From an uncultured bacterium (GTDB lineage Bacteria; Krumholzibacteriota; Krumholzibacteriia; Krumholzibacteriales; Krumholzibacteriaceae), in contig CAWFAD010000012.1 of the NCBI GenBank assembly GCA_963813815.1, positions 185,421-249,420 of the forward strand: DNA of 64,000 nt, written 5' to 3'. This document shows positions 21,916 to 31,553 of this stretch, piece by piece (position 1 is the stretch's first letter; every line of letters begins with the position of its first letter). The notes below the pieces were generated by a model that was not told where the DNA came from, did no database searches, and worked only from the letters and a program-made list of their open reading frames with translations. Both the position numbers and the translations under genes were made by a program.

Positions 21916-22857
21916 CTACCGTTTCGCCGATACCGTAACGTCGAAGGATTTCACCGACAGCCGGAAGCTGTCGATGCCGACGGGCAGAATAACCTCGGGC
22001 TCGATGACGAGCGCCCCGCGGCTCCCGGCGGGTATGCTGAGGATAATCGACACCTCTTCCGCGGTGAGGCTCGCGATGAGGTCCTCGGGGCCCTCGACGG
22101 TGAGATCCGCGCTCGCCGGCGCGCAGACGGCCTCGTACCCCTCCTCGATCTGGAGGAGCGTCGGCGCGATCCCCTCGATGACGCGCTCCGCGCGGCGGGC
22201 GATGGCGAGCTCGACGATCACCGAGCGGGGCTCGATCTCGATCCCCCGGGGGCGGACGATCGGCGTCTCGAGCGACACCTTCCCGCGACGATTCGTGACG
22301 TCGATCGTCTCCGTGAGAACCTCGGTCAGCGACCGCATGGCGTTCGCCGGTCCGCGCGCTATGACGCGGTCGGGGGTAATGGACGGCTGGCCGACGAGGA
22401 TGAGCCCGGGGGGAAGCGTTCCGCGGAAAACGGCGCGCACGGGAATCGGCCCGCTCACACGCCGTTCGAGCTCGATCGAGAGAATTCGGGGCGAGTTGAT
22501 CGAAACTTCGTCGGACGCGATCCCTTCGGGGAGCGTGATCATCCCCTTCGAGAGCGGCACCGTGAGATGCGGCCCCTGCGTCCCCGCGAGATCGACCGTG
22601 AGACGCGCGTTGCCGAAGAGGCGGACCTTGAGGAGGTCGCTCCGCGCGCCCCGCATCGTGACCTCGATACTCCGGGGAATATCGTTGACGACGGTGAGGC
22701 TCTCGGGAATGTTGACGATCTCGAGGGGTATTTTCACCGTCTCCTTTCCCTCCATCTGAGCGGTCACGTAGAACCAGAGCAGCACGGCGAAGACGATCGA
22801 GACGATCTTGAGCCCGATGTTCGCCGTCACCGCGCGCGTTACGCTATCCCATCTCAT
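21916..22857 (-). CDS. CdaR/YbbR-like domain protein
   Basis: NIGLKIVSIVFAVLLWFYV anchor followed by repeated YbbR-like beta modules (V.v.Gp). Confidence 0.85.
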   Translation of the reverse strand: MRWDSVTRAVTANIGLKIVSIVFAVLLWFYVTAQMEGKETVKIPLEIVNIPESLTVVNDIPRSIEVTMRGARSDLLKVRLFGNARLTVDLAGTQGPHLTVPLSKGMITLPEGIASDEVSINSPRILSIELERRVSGPIPVRAVFRGTLPPGLILVGQPSITPDRVIARGPANAMRSLTEVLTETIDVTNRRGKVSLETPIVRPRGIEIEPRSVIVELAIARRAERVIEGIAPTLLQIEEGYEAVCAPASADLTVEGPEDLIASLTAEEVSIILSIPAGSRGALVIEPEVILPVGIDSFRLSVKSFDVTVSAKR

Positions 22858-22866
22858 GGGCCGACC

Positions 22867-24030
22867 TCACTCCGTCGCGGCGGAATCCGCCGCCGGCGGG
22901 TGTTTTTCGAGGAAAACCGCTATGCCGTCGGCGAGCGACCGCGCGAGCCAGCGCAGATAGCCGTCCTTGGAGACGGCCGCCGCTTCCCGGCGATTCGACA
23001 GATACCCTCCCTCGACCAGTATCGACGGCATCGAAATGCCCCGCAGGACGATGAAGTTCTTTTGCTTCACCGTGCGGAACGGAATCGGCGGATCCTTCTG
23101 CAGCACGCGGGCGACCTCCTCCGCGAGGAGCGCGCTCTGCTGCATCGCGTTCGTGCGCGTCACGTCGAAGAGAATCGATTCGAGGTCGCCGTTCACGACG
23201 GCCCCCTGCTCCTGCACCTCCTGCATGAGGTGCTCCCGCTCGGCCACGGCCTCCGCGTTCTCGTCCACGATCCCCTCGGGGGAGATCATGTAGAGCTCGA
23301 TGCCGCTGAGCTTGGCGTCGCGGGCGCCGTTGAAATGAAGACTCACGAAGACGTCCGCCCCGTGCTCGCGGGCCTTGAGGATGCGCCGGTACCAGAGGAT
23401 GTCGTAGTCGCCGTCGCGAACGAGCACCCCCGTGAATCCATGGCGCCGCTCGATCTCCTCCTTGAGCATCCGCGCGAGCTTCAGGTTGAGCGTCTTCTCC
23501 CGGACACCGTGGTGGACCGCTCCCGGCTGGTCCCCCCCGTGCCCCGCGTCGATGGCGATCACGAACCCGGGGCTTTCCGCGACCCGCTTCCTCTCGGCCG
23601 CCCGCCGCTCGATCTCGGCGTCGCTCACGACCCGCGCGAGATCGACGACGATCCGGTGCGGTTTGCCGTCGGCGGCCTTGAGGGGAAAATGCTCGAACGC
23701 GGTCGCGCGCGGCACGTCCAGCACGACCTGAACTCCCGTCTTGAGGCGATTGACCCGGATGCGCTCGATGACGCCGTCCCCCACCGCCGCCCCTCCGACT
23801 CCCTTCGCCGCCACGCAGGAGGGCAACTCTATCACGATTCTCTGCGGCCCGGCCACGGAGCGGATGGTATAGCGGGCGGTAGCGCTCATATCGAGCACCA
23901 CCCTCGTATGGTCGGGCGAGGTGTAAAATCGAACGTCCCGCACCGTAATCGGAGCGGAGCGGGCCTCGGGAACCGCGACGGACACGAGCCATACGAACGC
24001 GGCGGCCGCCGCGACGCGACGATCGATCAT
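22867..24030 (-). CDS. N-acetylmuramoyl-L-alanine amidase (AMIN + Amidase_3)
   Basis: TRVVLD AMIN motif; IAIDAGHGGDQPGA, EKTLNL, FVSLHFN, PSILVEGGYLSN; GAGGAG RBS before ATG 24030. Confidence 0.92.
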   Translation of the reverse strand: MIDRRVAAAAAFVWLVSVAVPEARSAPITVRDVRFYTSPDHTRVVLDMSATARYTIRSVAGPQRIVIELPSCVAAKGVGGAAVGDGVIERIRVNRLKTGVQVVLDVPRATAFEHFPLKAADGKPHRIVVDLARVVSDAEIERRAAERKRVAESPGFVIAIDAGHGGDQPGAVHHGVREKTLNLKLARMLKEEIERRHGFTGVLVRDGDYDILWYRRILKAREHGADVFVSLHFNGARDAKLSGIELYMISPEGIVDENAEAVAEREHLMQEVQEQGAVVNGDLESILFDVTRTNAMQQSALLAEEVARVLQKDPPIPFRTVKQKNFIVLRGISMPSILVEGGYLSNRREAAAVSKDGYLRWLARSLADGIAVFLEKHPPAADSAATE

Positions 24031-24091
24031 GCGACTCCTCTCGGGCGCCCGCCCGGATCCCGCGGCGGGGCCGCGACGGGGCGCCGGGCGG

Positions 24092-24121
24092 AGTCTAGCG
24101 GGGGAAGGCGGGCGCTGACAA
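24092..24121 (-). promoter_or_regulatory. sigma70-type promoter
   Basis: TTGTCA-N18-TAGACT. Confidence 0.5.
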
Positions 24122-24158
24122 TACAATTTACCGGGTGTATCGGGGAAAGCGACGCGGA

Positions 24159-25085
24159 TCAATCGTAGCAGACGCCTTCGGGCATCACGTACTGAAGGGG
24201 ATCGCGATGCACGCCACGGTGGAGCACCTCGTAATGGAGATGGCTCCCAGTCGAGTGGCCCGTGTTGCCCACGAGACCGATGACCTCTCCTCGCTTCACC
24301 TTCTGGCCGCGTGCGACGAGGACCTTTGAGAGATGCGCGTAACGGGTCTTGAAGCCGTTTTCGTGACTGATTTCGATCATGAGTCCGTAGCCGCCGTTGC
24401 GGCCGGCCTGTCTCACGGCGCCGTCCGCGGTCGCCGTGACCGGCGTGCCCGTGCGGGCGCGATAATCGATGCCGGGATGATGGACGCTCTCGCCGCGGAA
24501 CGGATCGATCCGGCGTCCGTAGCGGCTCGACAGGAACCCGCCCCTCATCGGACGGACGGAGGGCGTGCTCAGCCGCACGTCACGCTCGCTCTCGAGAATC
24601 GAGATGATCTCGCGGTAGCTCTCGAGCTGCAGCTCCGTCTGGCGGAGGAGCCGGTCGAGGCTGGAGTCGATGTCGCCGAATAGGCTGTCGGGGTACGCCG
24701 TTTCGAGACGCGCGAGGTCCGGTTCGGGGCCGCCCACGCCGGCCTGCCATACCTCCCCGGGAACCGGATCGACGCTCGCGATGAGGCTGGCGCGATTGTG
24801 CAGCTCGAAGCCGACGTCCATTCGTCCCTCGATCAGCGCAACCTCCTCGCGGAAACGAGCGAGCTCGGTCCTCAACCGCTCGTTTTCGCCGCGCAGATTA
24901 TCCACAGTCGCTGTGCGGACGATCTCCCCGGAACGGACGGCGACGAGCACGATCGCCGCGACGACGATGCCGGCGAGCCCCGCAACGGCGGCGATCGCGT
25001 GCGACCGCCTCACGTGCACGGCCCGAACGCCGGTATTGTCTCCGCGCTCGTAGAAAAAGCGAATATAGCGATTCATCGGCTTCAT
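24159..25085 (-). CDS. M23 family metallopeptidase
   Basis: TM plus coiled coil; HPGID, GGYG, TRYAHL, GNTGHSTGSHLHYEV. Confidence 0.93.
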   Translation of the reverse strand: MKPMNRYIRFFYERGDNTGVRAVHVRRSHAIAAVAGLAGIVVAAIVLVAVRSGEIVRTATVDNLRGENERLRTELARFREEVALIEGRMDVGFELHNRASLIASVDPVPGEVWQAGVGGPEPDLARLETAYPDSLFGDIDSSLDRLLRQTELQLESYREIISILESERDVRLSTPSVRPMRGGFLSSRYGRRIDPFRGESVHHPGIDYRARTGTPVTATADGAVRQAGRNGGYGLMIEISHENGFKTRYAHLSKVLVARGQKVKRGEVIGLVGNTGHSTGSHLHYEVLHRGVHRDPLQYVMPEGVCYD

Positions 25086-25142
25086 GCCCCGAATCCGCTC
25101 CTTCAGGCCCCGATTGTCTTGAACGGCTTTGCTCTGCTACCT

Positions 25143-25172
25143 AAGGTAGTTTCGCCGTCGAGGCCGTGTCAA
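25143..25172 (-). promoter_or_regulatory. sigma70-type promoter
   Basis: TTGACA-N18-TACCTT. Confidence 0.5.
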
Positions 25173-25200
25173 GCGAATATTCCCCCCCGGGGGCATGAGA

Positions 25201-25216
25201 TGCAAGGCACGTACCG
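25201..25216 (-). promoter_or_regulatory. Candidate sigma54 (-24/-12) promoter
   Basis: CGGTAC-GTGCC-TTGCA (GG-N10-GC) upstream of the M23 gene. Confidence 0.45.
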
Positions 25217-25244
25217 GACGACCCCGGGAAGGGCCCAAAAACGC

Positions 25245-25278
25245 AAAAAGGGCGGTGAAATCGCCGTTTCACCGCCCT
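25245..25278 (-). terminator. Rho-independent terminator of the sigma factor gene
   Basis: GGGCGGTGAAA/TTTCACCGCCC stem plus T5 on the minus strand. Confidence 0.8.
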
Positions 25279-25304
25279 CGCTACTGCTTTTTTGCCGTTT
25301 CGGG

Positions 25305-26201
25305 TCAGTCCTGCACGTACCCCTTCAGGTACTTGCTCCGCGAGTTGTGCCGAAGCCGCAGGATCGCCTTTTCCTTGATCTGGCGGATGCGCTCCCGCGT
25401 GAGGTTCATCCGCTTGCCGATCTCTTCGAGCGTGAGCGGCTCCTCCCCCTCGAGACCGAAGTAGAGGTTGAGAATCGCGCGCTCGCGATCGGTCAGGGTG
25501 TCGAGCGCCTTCTGCATATCGTCGCTCAGGGCGTTCACGTACGTTTGCTCGTCGGGAGCCTCGAGGTTGTCGTCCGCGAGGTAGTCGACGAGCGAGTTCT
25601 CCTCCTGGTCGTTTCCGAAGGAGGCGTCGAGCGACAGATGGCTGTTCGCGATCTGCATCGTATCCCGCACTTCGTCGTGCGGGAGCTTCAGCCGCTTGGC
25701 GATCTCGTCGACCTCGGGACTGCGCCCGAGCTCCTGATCGAGCTGCCGGGCTGCCTTCCCGATGCGGTACAGCGTGCCGGCTCGATTGAGCGGCAGCCTT
25801 ACGATGCGCGACTGCTCGGCGAGCGCCTGCAACATCGCCTGACGGATCCACCACACGGCGTAGGAGATGAACTTGTATCCGCGCTTCTCGTCGAAGCGGT
25901 ACGCCGCCTTGATGAGCCCCAGATTCCCCTCGTTGACGAGATCGGCCAACGAGAGCCCCTGATTCACGTACTGCTTCGCGATCGATACCACGAAACGGAG
26001 ATTGGCCTTCACGAGATCGTGAAGCGCATGCTCGTCCCCCTTGCGAATCCGCTTCGCAAGCTCCTTCTCCTGCTCGCGCTTGAGCAGGGGGGTGTTGTTG
26101 ATCTCTTTGAGGTAGAGGTCGAGGCTTCTCTCCCCCGCGTATTCGCTTCTCCTGGGATCCGGGTTCATTTCTTCTTTTTCCCTCAGTTCATCCTCGTCCA
26201 T
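25305..26201 (-). CDS. RNA polymerase sigma70-family factor (RpoD/RpoS-like, short, lacking region 1.1)
   Basis: LDLYLKEI, NLRFVVSIAKQY, DLVNEGNLGL, KFISYAVWWIRQ, LTRERIRQI. Confidence 0.93.
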   Translation of the reverse strand: MDEDELREKEEMNPDPRRSEYAGERSLDLYLKEINNTPLLKREQEKELAKRIRKGDEHALHDLVKANLRFVVSIAKQYVNQGLSLADLVNEGNLGLIKAAYRFDEKRGYKFISYAVWWIRQAMLQALAEQSRIVRLPLNRAGTLYRIGKAARQLDQELGRSPEVDEIAKRLKLPHDEVRDTMQIANSHLSLDASFGNDQEENSLVDYLADDNLEAPDEQTYVNALSDDMQKALDTLTDRERAILNLYFGLEGEEPLTLEEIGKRMNLTRERIRQIKEKAILRLRHNSRSKYLKGYVQD

Positions 26202-26375
26202 GATTTCCCGCCTTCGATTCCCACACGACTCCAGCGCCTTGTTAGAGCACTCGCCAGGTTATACACCTGACGCCCGAAAAAGTTGTTGTTTCGGTGGGGT
26301 TCTAAGTGCAGGTATCGTTGGCGAACGACTTAGCTTCCTGGCACCACTTTGGGTCCCTACACCAATCCGTTAAGA

Positions 26376-26405
26376 ATTGTATCCGAAAATCGCCATTTGT
26401 GTCAA
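26376..26405 (-). promoter_or_regulatory. sigma70-type promoter of the sigma factor gene
   Basis: TTGACA-N18-TACAAT. Confidence 0.65.
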
Positions 26406-26495
26406 GAATAATTACCAAAAAAATGGCGCTTCGTAATATATTGATACAGAGATGGTTAAGCGGCGCGGGGCAATCGACCTCGGGCGGGAGCTTTT

Positions 26496-27254
26496 ATGAA
26501 GGATGCGGCGTATTTTCTCTCGGATGCCCATTTCAAATTCGACGCGGCGGCGCCCCGCGAGCGCCTGAAGCGGGATCTCTTCATCCGGTTCCTCTCCGGA
26601 ATCCGCGGCGCGGAGCGGCTCTACCTTCTCGGGGATATCTTCGATTTCTGGTTCGAATCGCGACGCTACGTGCCTCCCTTCTATGACGACGTTCTCGGCG
26701 CGCTCCGCTCGCTCGGCGCCGAAGGCACGGCGATCCATATCGCCGGAGGAAACCACGATTGGTGGCTCGGCCGCCATATCACCGATACGCTCGGCTTCTC
26801 GGTGCTGCCCCCGCTCGCCACCCATGAGATTCAGGGACGCCGCGTCACCATGTCCCACGGCGACTCGCTGCTTCCGGGGGACGTCGCGTACAAAGCTCTC
26901 AAGGCCGTGATCCGCAGCCGCGCCGTCGTCGCCGCCGCGCGCGAGATGCCCCCGGGCCTCCTCTATGGTTTCGCGCGGCGATTCTCGAAGGCGAGCAAGG
27001 GAATCACCTCGCAGCGCACCGAGCGCTCGGCGCGCGCCCTCGTCGCGATGGCCCCCGGATCCTTCTTTGAATGGGGGAACGACGTCTTCGTGATGGGCCA
27101 CATACACTACCCGTGCCTCGAGCGCTTCGGCGGCCGCACGTTCGCCATCGTCGGCGACTGGGAACGCCATTTTTCGTATCTGGCGCTCGAGAGGGGAGAG
27201 CTCTCCCTGCGGTTTTACGGCGCCGGAGAGGCGACGCGGATCGAGAACCGGTGA
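26496..27254 (+). CDS. lpxH: UDP-2,3-diacylglucosamine diphosphatase (LpxH-like metallophosphoesterase)
   Basis: SDAHF, LLGDIFDFW, GNHD, SHGD, MGHIH, GDW. Confidence 0.8.
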   Translation: MKDAAYFLSDAHFKFDAAAPRERLKRDLFIRFLSGIRGAERLYLLGDIFDFWFESRRYVPPFYDDVLGALRSLGAEGTAIHIAGGNHDWWLGRHITDTLGFSVLPPLATHEIQGRRVTMSHGDSLLPGDVAYKALKAVIRSRAVVAAAREMPPGLLYGFARRFSKASKGITSQRTERSARALVAMAPGSFFEWGNDVFVMGHIHYPCLERFGGRTFAIVGDWERHFSYLALERGELSLRFYGAGEATRIENR

Positions 27255-28144
27255 CTGTCGCCGAGATCGAAATCGAGCGGCAGGTAGGCATAATCGAAGG
27301 CGAGGCTCCGGTACTTGACCCCCGCCCCCAGCGTGAACCCCTGCGAATAGTAGTTGGCCTTGTATCCCGTGCGGACGGAGAGATACGATCCGTAGTTGTA
27401 TTCGACCCCGAGGTGGAGCTTCGCGTCTCCGTCGTTCGGAAAGAGGGCGTCCGCCGCGACGATCGCCTCTCCGCGAAGCCATGGGGCCTCGTAACGGTAC
27501 GCCGCTCCCCCCCGCAGCAGGAAGGGCGGATAAAACTTCTCCTCGACGAACTTCGCCTGCGGGCCGAGGTTCAGCATCGACGCCGCGAGCGTCAGTCCCT
27601 CGATGGCGCTCTTGTGGACCACGCCGGCGTCGAAGGCCCAGCTCGTGGCCGATTCGAAATCGATCTTTTCGTAAATGACCTTGACGGAGACTCCCGCGGA
27701 GAGGTTCGGCAGAACGTCCATCGCGTACCCCCCCGCGACCGAGAGATCGTAGGGAGCGAACGTGCCGTCCGGAACGAGCGACGGATAATCGCCGTAGCGA
27801 TCCATCTCGCCGTAGTAGAGCCCCGTGAAGCTGAGACCCGCCGTGCCGCCGAACATCTCGTTCAGCACCGTGATCTGCTCGAAACGGATGTCCTGAGCCC
27901 ACTCGGTGTGCGACACGTTGATCTCGACGCCCTCGACCGCGGCCATGCCCCCGGGGTTGTAGTAGATGCTCGTCGCGTCGTCGGCGACGGCCGTGAAGGC
28001 CTCCCCCATCCCGCCGGCGCGGGCGCCGTTGCCGAGGCGGAGAAAGAGAAAACCGCTCGTGCCGGCCTCCGCCGCGAAAAGACCCGAGAGCGGCATCGCG
28101 ATAGCGATCGCCGCACCGATCATCCGAATGAATGTGCGCGCCAT
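27215..28144 (-). CDS. PorV/PorQ family outer-membrane beta-barrel
   Basis: FLRLGNGARAGGMGEAFTAVADDATSIYYNPGG; C-terminal FDYAY..LGDSHRFS. Confidence 0.85.
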   Translation of the reverse strand: MARTFIRMIGAAIAIAMPLSGLFAAEAGTSGFLFLRLGNGARAGGMGEAFTAVADDATSIYYNPGGMAAVEGVEINVSHTEWAQDIRFEQITVLNEMFGGTAGLSFTGLYYGEMDRYGDYPSLVPDGTFAPYDLSVAGGYAMDVLPNLSAGVSVKVIYEKIDFESATSWAFDAGVVHKSAIEGLTLAASMLNLGPQAKFVEEKFYPPFLLRGGAAYRYEAPWLRGEAIVAADALFPNDGDAKLHLGVEYNYGSYLSVRTGYKANYYSQGFTLGAGVKYRSLAFDYAYLPLDFDLGDSHRFSIRVASPAP

Positions 28145-28176
28145 GGCTCCTCCAGAAATGGTACGTTTCTTTCCCT

Positions 28177-28205
28177 ATATTAGCGCCGCGCGGGTCCGCG
28201 GTCAA
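28177..28205 (-). promoter_or_regulatory. sigma70-type promoter
   Basis: TTGACC-N17-TAATAT. Confidence 0.55.
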
Positions 28206-28236
28206 TGCCCCGCTCGTCCTGGGCGCCGCACGGCCG

Positions 28237-31200
28237 CTATCGCGTGACGGCGAACTTCCTCGCGCCCTTCCAGCTCCATCCGTCGTCGCCAACGACCTCG
28301 ACGCGGCAGACATAGACTCCGCCCGCGAGCTCCCCGGCCGAAAAGCCCGCCTCGAACGGCACGGCGCTTCCCGACGGCCAGTCGTGACGTGCGTCGCGGG
28401 AGGCGACCTTCTCCCCCTCGAGATCGAATATCGTCACCGCGACGCGGGAGGGCTCGGATATGAGCAGCCGCACGGTGAAAGACGCGCCCCTCACGGGATT
28501 CGGATAGACGATGAAGGACGCGGGATCCACCGCGAGCCCGGACTCGTTTCCTCCCGCGGAGGCGGTCTGCCGGCCGCTCCCCCGTGAATCGTGACGGTAG
28601 CACGGCCAGAGCTGAAGATCCGACAGGGACGTTCCCAGCTCGTACCGCCGGATCGACGTGACGGCGCCCGACGAGATCTCCCCGGCCGGAGCGACGCAGG
28701 CGCAATCGACGATATAAACATCGCCGGCCTCGCTTTCGAGCAGCGCGAGCGAGCCCCCGGCCGCTCCCTCGCCGGGAAGAGGCCAGCCCGGCATTTCGCG
28801 GCCCGCGAACTCCAGAGCGTGGATATCGCCCCCGACGCGGAACAGAATCTCGACGCGGCCGTCGCCCGTTATGTCTCCGGCGACCGGGGGAACCACCGGC
28901 ACCGGCCGGTACGCCTCGGCGACGCCCGCGTCGATCGCGCGCGGCCATCCGGAGACCGGAACGCCGAACCCGGAGAATAGGTACAGGCACGCTTCGTCGC
29001 GCAGCGCCGTCTCGAGCGTCCCGTCGCCGTCCACGTCGGTGAGGATCGGCGATGAGGGCGAGCCTCCTCGAAGGGCCGCCCGGTGCGTCGCGCCGGAATA
29101 TTCGCAGTAGCAGAGGCCCCATCCGGGGATCGCAGCCGCCACTTCATCGGAGCCGTCGCCGTCGATATCTCCCGTCGCGATCGAGAGAAGGCCCGGAGGC
29201 GCTGCGGCGGTGATCTGTGTCAGGGTACGCATATCGCCGGTCCCGGCCGGACCCGAGAACTGCAGGAAATGGAAGCGGATGAATGCTCCCCCGGATGCGG
29301 CGAAGCACATCCCCTCGAGCGCGACGCCGGCGGAGGGTTCCTCCATGACGGCGAATGCCGGAACGGAGGCGAGTCTTCCCCCGGCGATCGGCAGCTCGAT
29401 CCCGTCGATCCCCCGCTCGACCCACCCGGCTCCGGGCCACGTGCCCCCGCAGCCGAGCACGCAGAGATACGTGCTGTCGGCGCTCGAGCTGAGCGCGATG
29501 AGCAAGGGCCCCGGCATGCCGTCGACGCCGTCGGCGATCATGAGGGCGGCCCTCTCCTGCCCCCGGAGCTGGATCGTCATGGGGGTCGCGTCGTCGTCGA
29601 TCTCGACCGGAGCGCCCGACCAATCATAGGCCCGCAGCACGCCACCGCGCGAGACGACGAATATCGCCGGATCGAGGGAAGCTCCCCAGAGGCCGGCGAC
29701 CGGCGAGGCGATCCATTCCGCGCCGGGCTCTCGAACGATCTCCTCCGCCCCCCCGCTCCAGCCCTCCGCGCCCGCCTCGGCGAGCCACAGCGTTCCCGAA
29801 TCGGCGGCGATGAGCATCCGGTCGCCCGTCCCGCCGTCGACCGGCGCGGCGATCGGGGTCGCGGCGCCGAGCCCCGCGGCAAACTCGCCTCTCGTATAAT
29901 CGATCTCGAGCGCGAACCGCACTGAGAGCGTCATGTAATGGCCGGCCCCGGATATCGCGGATATTTCGATCCCGCTCGGAGCGCCGCCGTTCGTATGGCT
30001 CGAGGGATCCGTATCGGCGGCGAAACGATCGTTGTTGCCGGCCCGGTACGAGTCGAGGAAGCTCCCGAACGAGAATTCCCCGCCGGGGCGGTCGAGATCC
30101 TGTATGCCGTCGGCCTCCTCGAGATCGACTCCCTTGAAACGCGGATCGTCGTTCGGGAAGCCGCCCGCTTCGAGGGCCGTCCGGATCGCCGTCTCGTCGA
30201 CGTGCCAGATGAGGAGGCCGCTTCCCGTGACGACGCTGTCCGGCGCCGGGCGCGGGTTGGACGAGGCCGTTATGAAGAAATCGAACTCGGCGCCGCGGAG
30301 CGTGTCTCCGCTCTCCGGTATGCCGTTGAAGTTGCTGTCGATGAAATCGAAATCGCCGCTGAAATCCGCGTCATGGACCCTGTTCTCGACGAGGTAGTAC
30401 TCCGAGGAGTTGACGACGATCTTGACGAGCCCCGTATCGGCGGGGATCGCCGTGCTCACATCCGCGAGACGGAGCGCCGCGTCCCCCGAGACGACGAGCG
30501 GCGCGGCCCAGCCCATGAGGCACCGGTTGAACGCCGAGGGGAACGCCGGAACGAATCCGAGCGCGTTGTAGATTCCGTAACCCATGAGATCGAAATTGCC
30601 GCACCCCTGCGAATCGGGATAGTCCCCGGGAGTCGTATCGAAGAGCGGCACCATCCCGAGGCGCAATCCGACCTGGTAGGCGTAGATGCCGAGCGAGCCG
30701 AAGGTATAGCCGTCTTGCGAGCTCTGCTCCGGCCAGACCATCAGATTGTCGAGGAAGAGCGTGTCGCCGGGAGCGCCGTCGTTCGTGGGAATTCCCGGAA
30801 GGCCGAGGGTGTCGGGGAGCGCTTGCGCCATCTCCTCCGGGTTGACGAACCCCGAATAGAGCTGGTACCGCGAGTCGCCGTTGAAATCGGTCTCCCGCCC
30901 GGCGCCGGCATGAATCACGGCGACGGCGTCGTAGCGGCCGAAATCGACGGAATCGTCGCGAACCCGGACGACCTCCTTGAGAATCTCCGCCATGCGCTCT
31001 TTCCAGAGATTTTCTTCGCCGTAGTACGCCTCCGGCTCGCCCAGCGCGACGATCCCGGGCATGAGCTCCCATCGAAGGTCGAAGATTCCGAGCGAGGCCC
31101 CTTCGAAATACTCGGCGAGGTGCCGCAGCTCGTTCGCGAAATAGATCGAGTCGAAAACCGACTCGAACTCCCGGTCGGCGAACGAGACGCGGAAGACGCA

Positions 31201-31389
31201 GACGCGGAGCGATTCGGCCCGCGCGCCGCCCCCCGCGAGAAGCGTGCTCACCGCCTCGAGCTGATACGGTCCGAGGGAGCCGCCGCGCGGCGCGGCAGGG
31301 ATCGATGTTTCGGCCGTGACGCCGCGCGAGGCGCCCGCAACGAGAAGCGCGCAGAGAAGCGGCGCCGCGATACGATGGATTGGTTTCAT
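28237..31389 (-). CDS. Secreted immune-inhibitor-A (M6)-like protein with degenerate zinc site, FG-GAP/VCBS repeats and T9SS-like CTD
   Basis: IHAGAGRE, DLMGYG, EYYLVENR, SGLLIWHVD, DLEEADG; GDIDGDG repeats; VYPNP..GVYVCRV..RKFAVTR. Confidence 0.8.
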   Translation of the reverse strand: MKPIHRIAAPLLCALLVAGASRGVTAETSIPAAPRGGSLGPYQLEAVSTLLAGGGARAESLRVCVFRVSFADREFESVFDSIYFANELRHLAEYFEGASLGIFDLRWELMPGIVALGEPEAYYGEENLWKERMAEILKEVVRVRDDSVDFGRYDAVAVIHAGAGRETDFNGDSRYQLYSGFVNPEEMAQALPDTLGLPGIPTNDGAPGDTLFLDNLMVWPEQSSQDGYTFGSLGIYAYQVGLRLGMVPLFDTTPGDYPDSQGCGNFDLMGYGIYNALGFVPAFPSAFNRCLMGWAAPLVVSGDAALRLADVSTAIPADTGLVKIVVNSSEYYLVENRVHDADFSGDFDFIDSNFNGIPESGDTLRGAEFDFFITASSNPRPAPDSVVTGSGLLIWHVDETAIRTALEAGGFPNDDPRFKGVDLEEADGIQDLDRPGGEFSFGSFLDSYRAGNNDRFAADTDPSSHTNGGAPSGIEISAISGAGHYMTLSVRFALEIDYTRGEFAAGLGAATPIAAPVDGGTGDRMLIAADSGTLWLAEAGAEGWSGGAEEIVREPGAEWIASPVAGLWGASLDPAIFVVSRGGVLRAYDWSGAPVEIDDDATPMTIQLRGQERAALMIADGVDGMPGPLLIALSSSADSTYLCVLGCGGTWPGAGWVERGIDGIELPIAGGRLASVPAFAVMEEPSAGVALEGMCFAASGGAFIRFHFLQFSGPAGTGDMRTLTQITAAAPPGLLSIATGDIDGDGSDEVAAAIPGWGLCYCEYSGATHRAALRGGSPSSPILTDVDGDGTLETALRDEACLYLFSGFGVPVSGWPRAIDAGVAEAYRPVPVVPPVAGDITGDGRVEILFRVGGDIHALEFAGREMPGWPLPGEGAAGGSLALLESEAGDVYIVDCACVAPAGEISSGAVTSIRRYELGTSLSDLQLWPCYRHDSRGSGRQTASAGGNESGLAVDPASFIVYPNPVRGASFTVRLLISEPSRVAVTIFDLEGEKVASRDARHDWPSGSAVPFEAGFSAGELAGGVYVCRVEVVGDDGWSWKGARKFAVTR

Positions 31390-31398
31390 AGGGCGATT

Positions 31399-31427
31399 AT
31401 TCTACTCGGCCGGGGAGAGATGCGCAA
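31399..31427 (-). promoter_or_regulatory. sigma70-type promoter (near-leaderless transcript)
   Basis: TTGCGC-N17-TAGAAT, 9 nt before the ATG at 31389; no SD. Confidence 0.45.
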
Positions 31428-31553
31428 GGGCCATAAATAATCCGGGGAGAACGAAGTTCTCGTGCCGCCCCTGTACGACATTTGACTTCTTCGTTCTCCC
31501 CTTCGGCCGACCTTCGCGGGTAACACGAACCGTGTTCAGCGTTTGCCAGCGCT

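Noticed and set aside
26340..26355. TGGCAC as a sigma54 -24 box
   Set aside because: No GC at the required 10-nt spacing.
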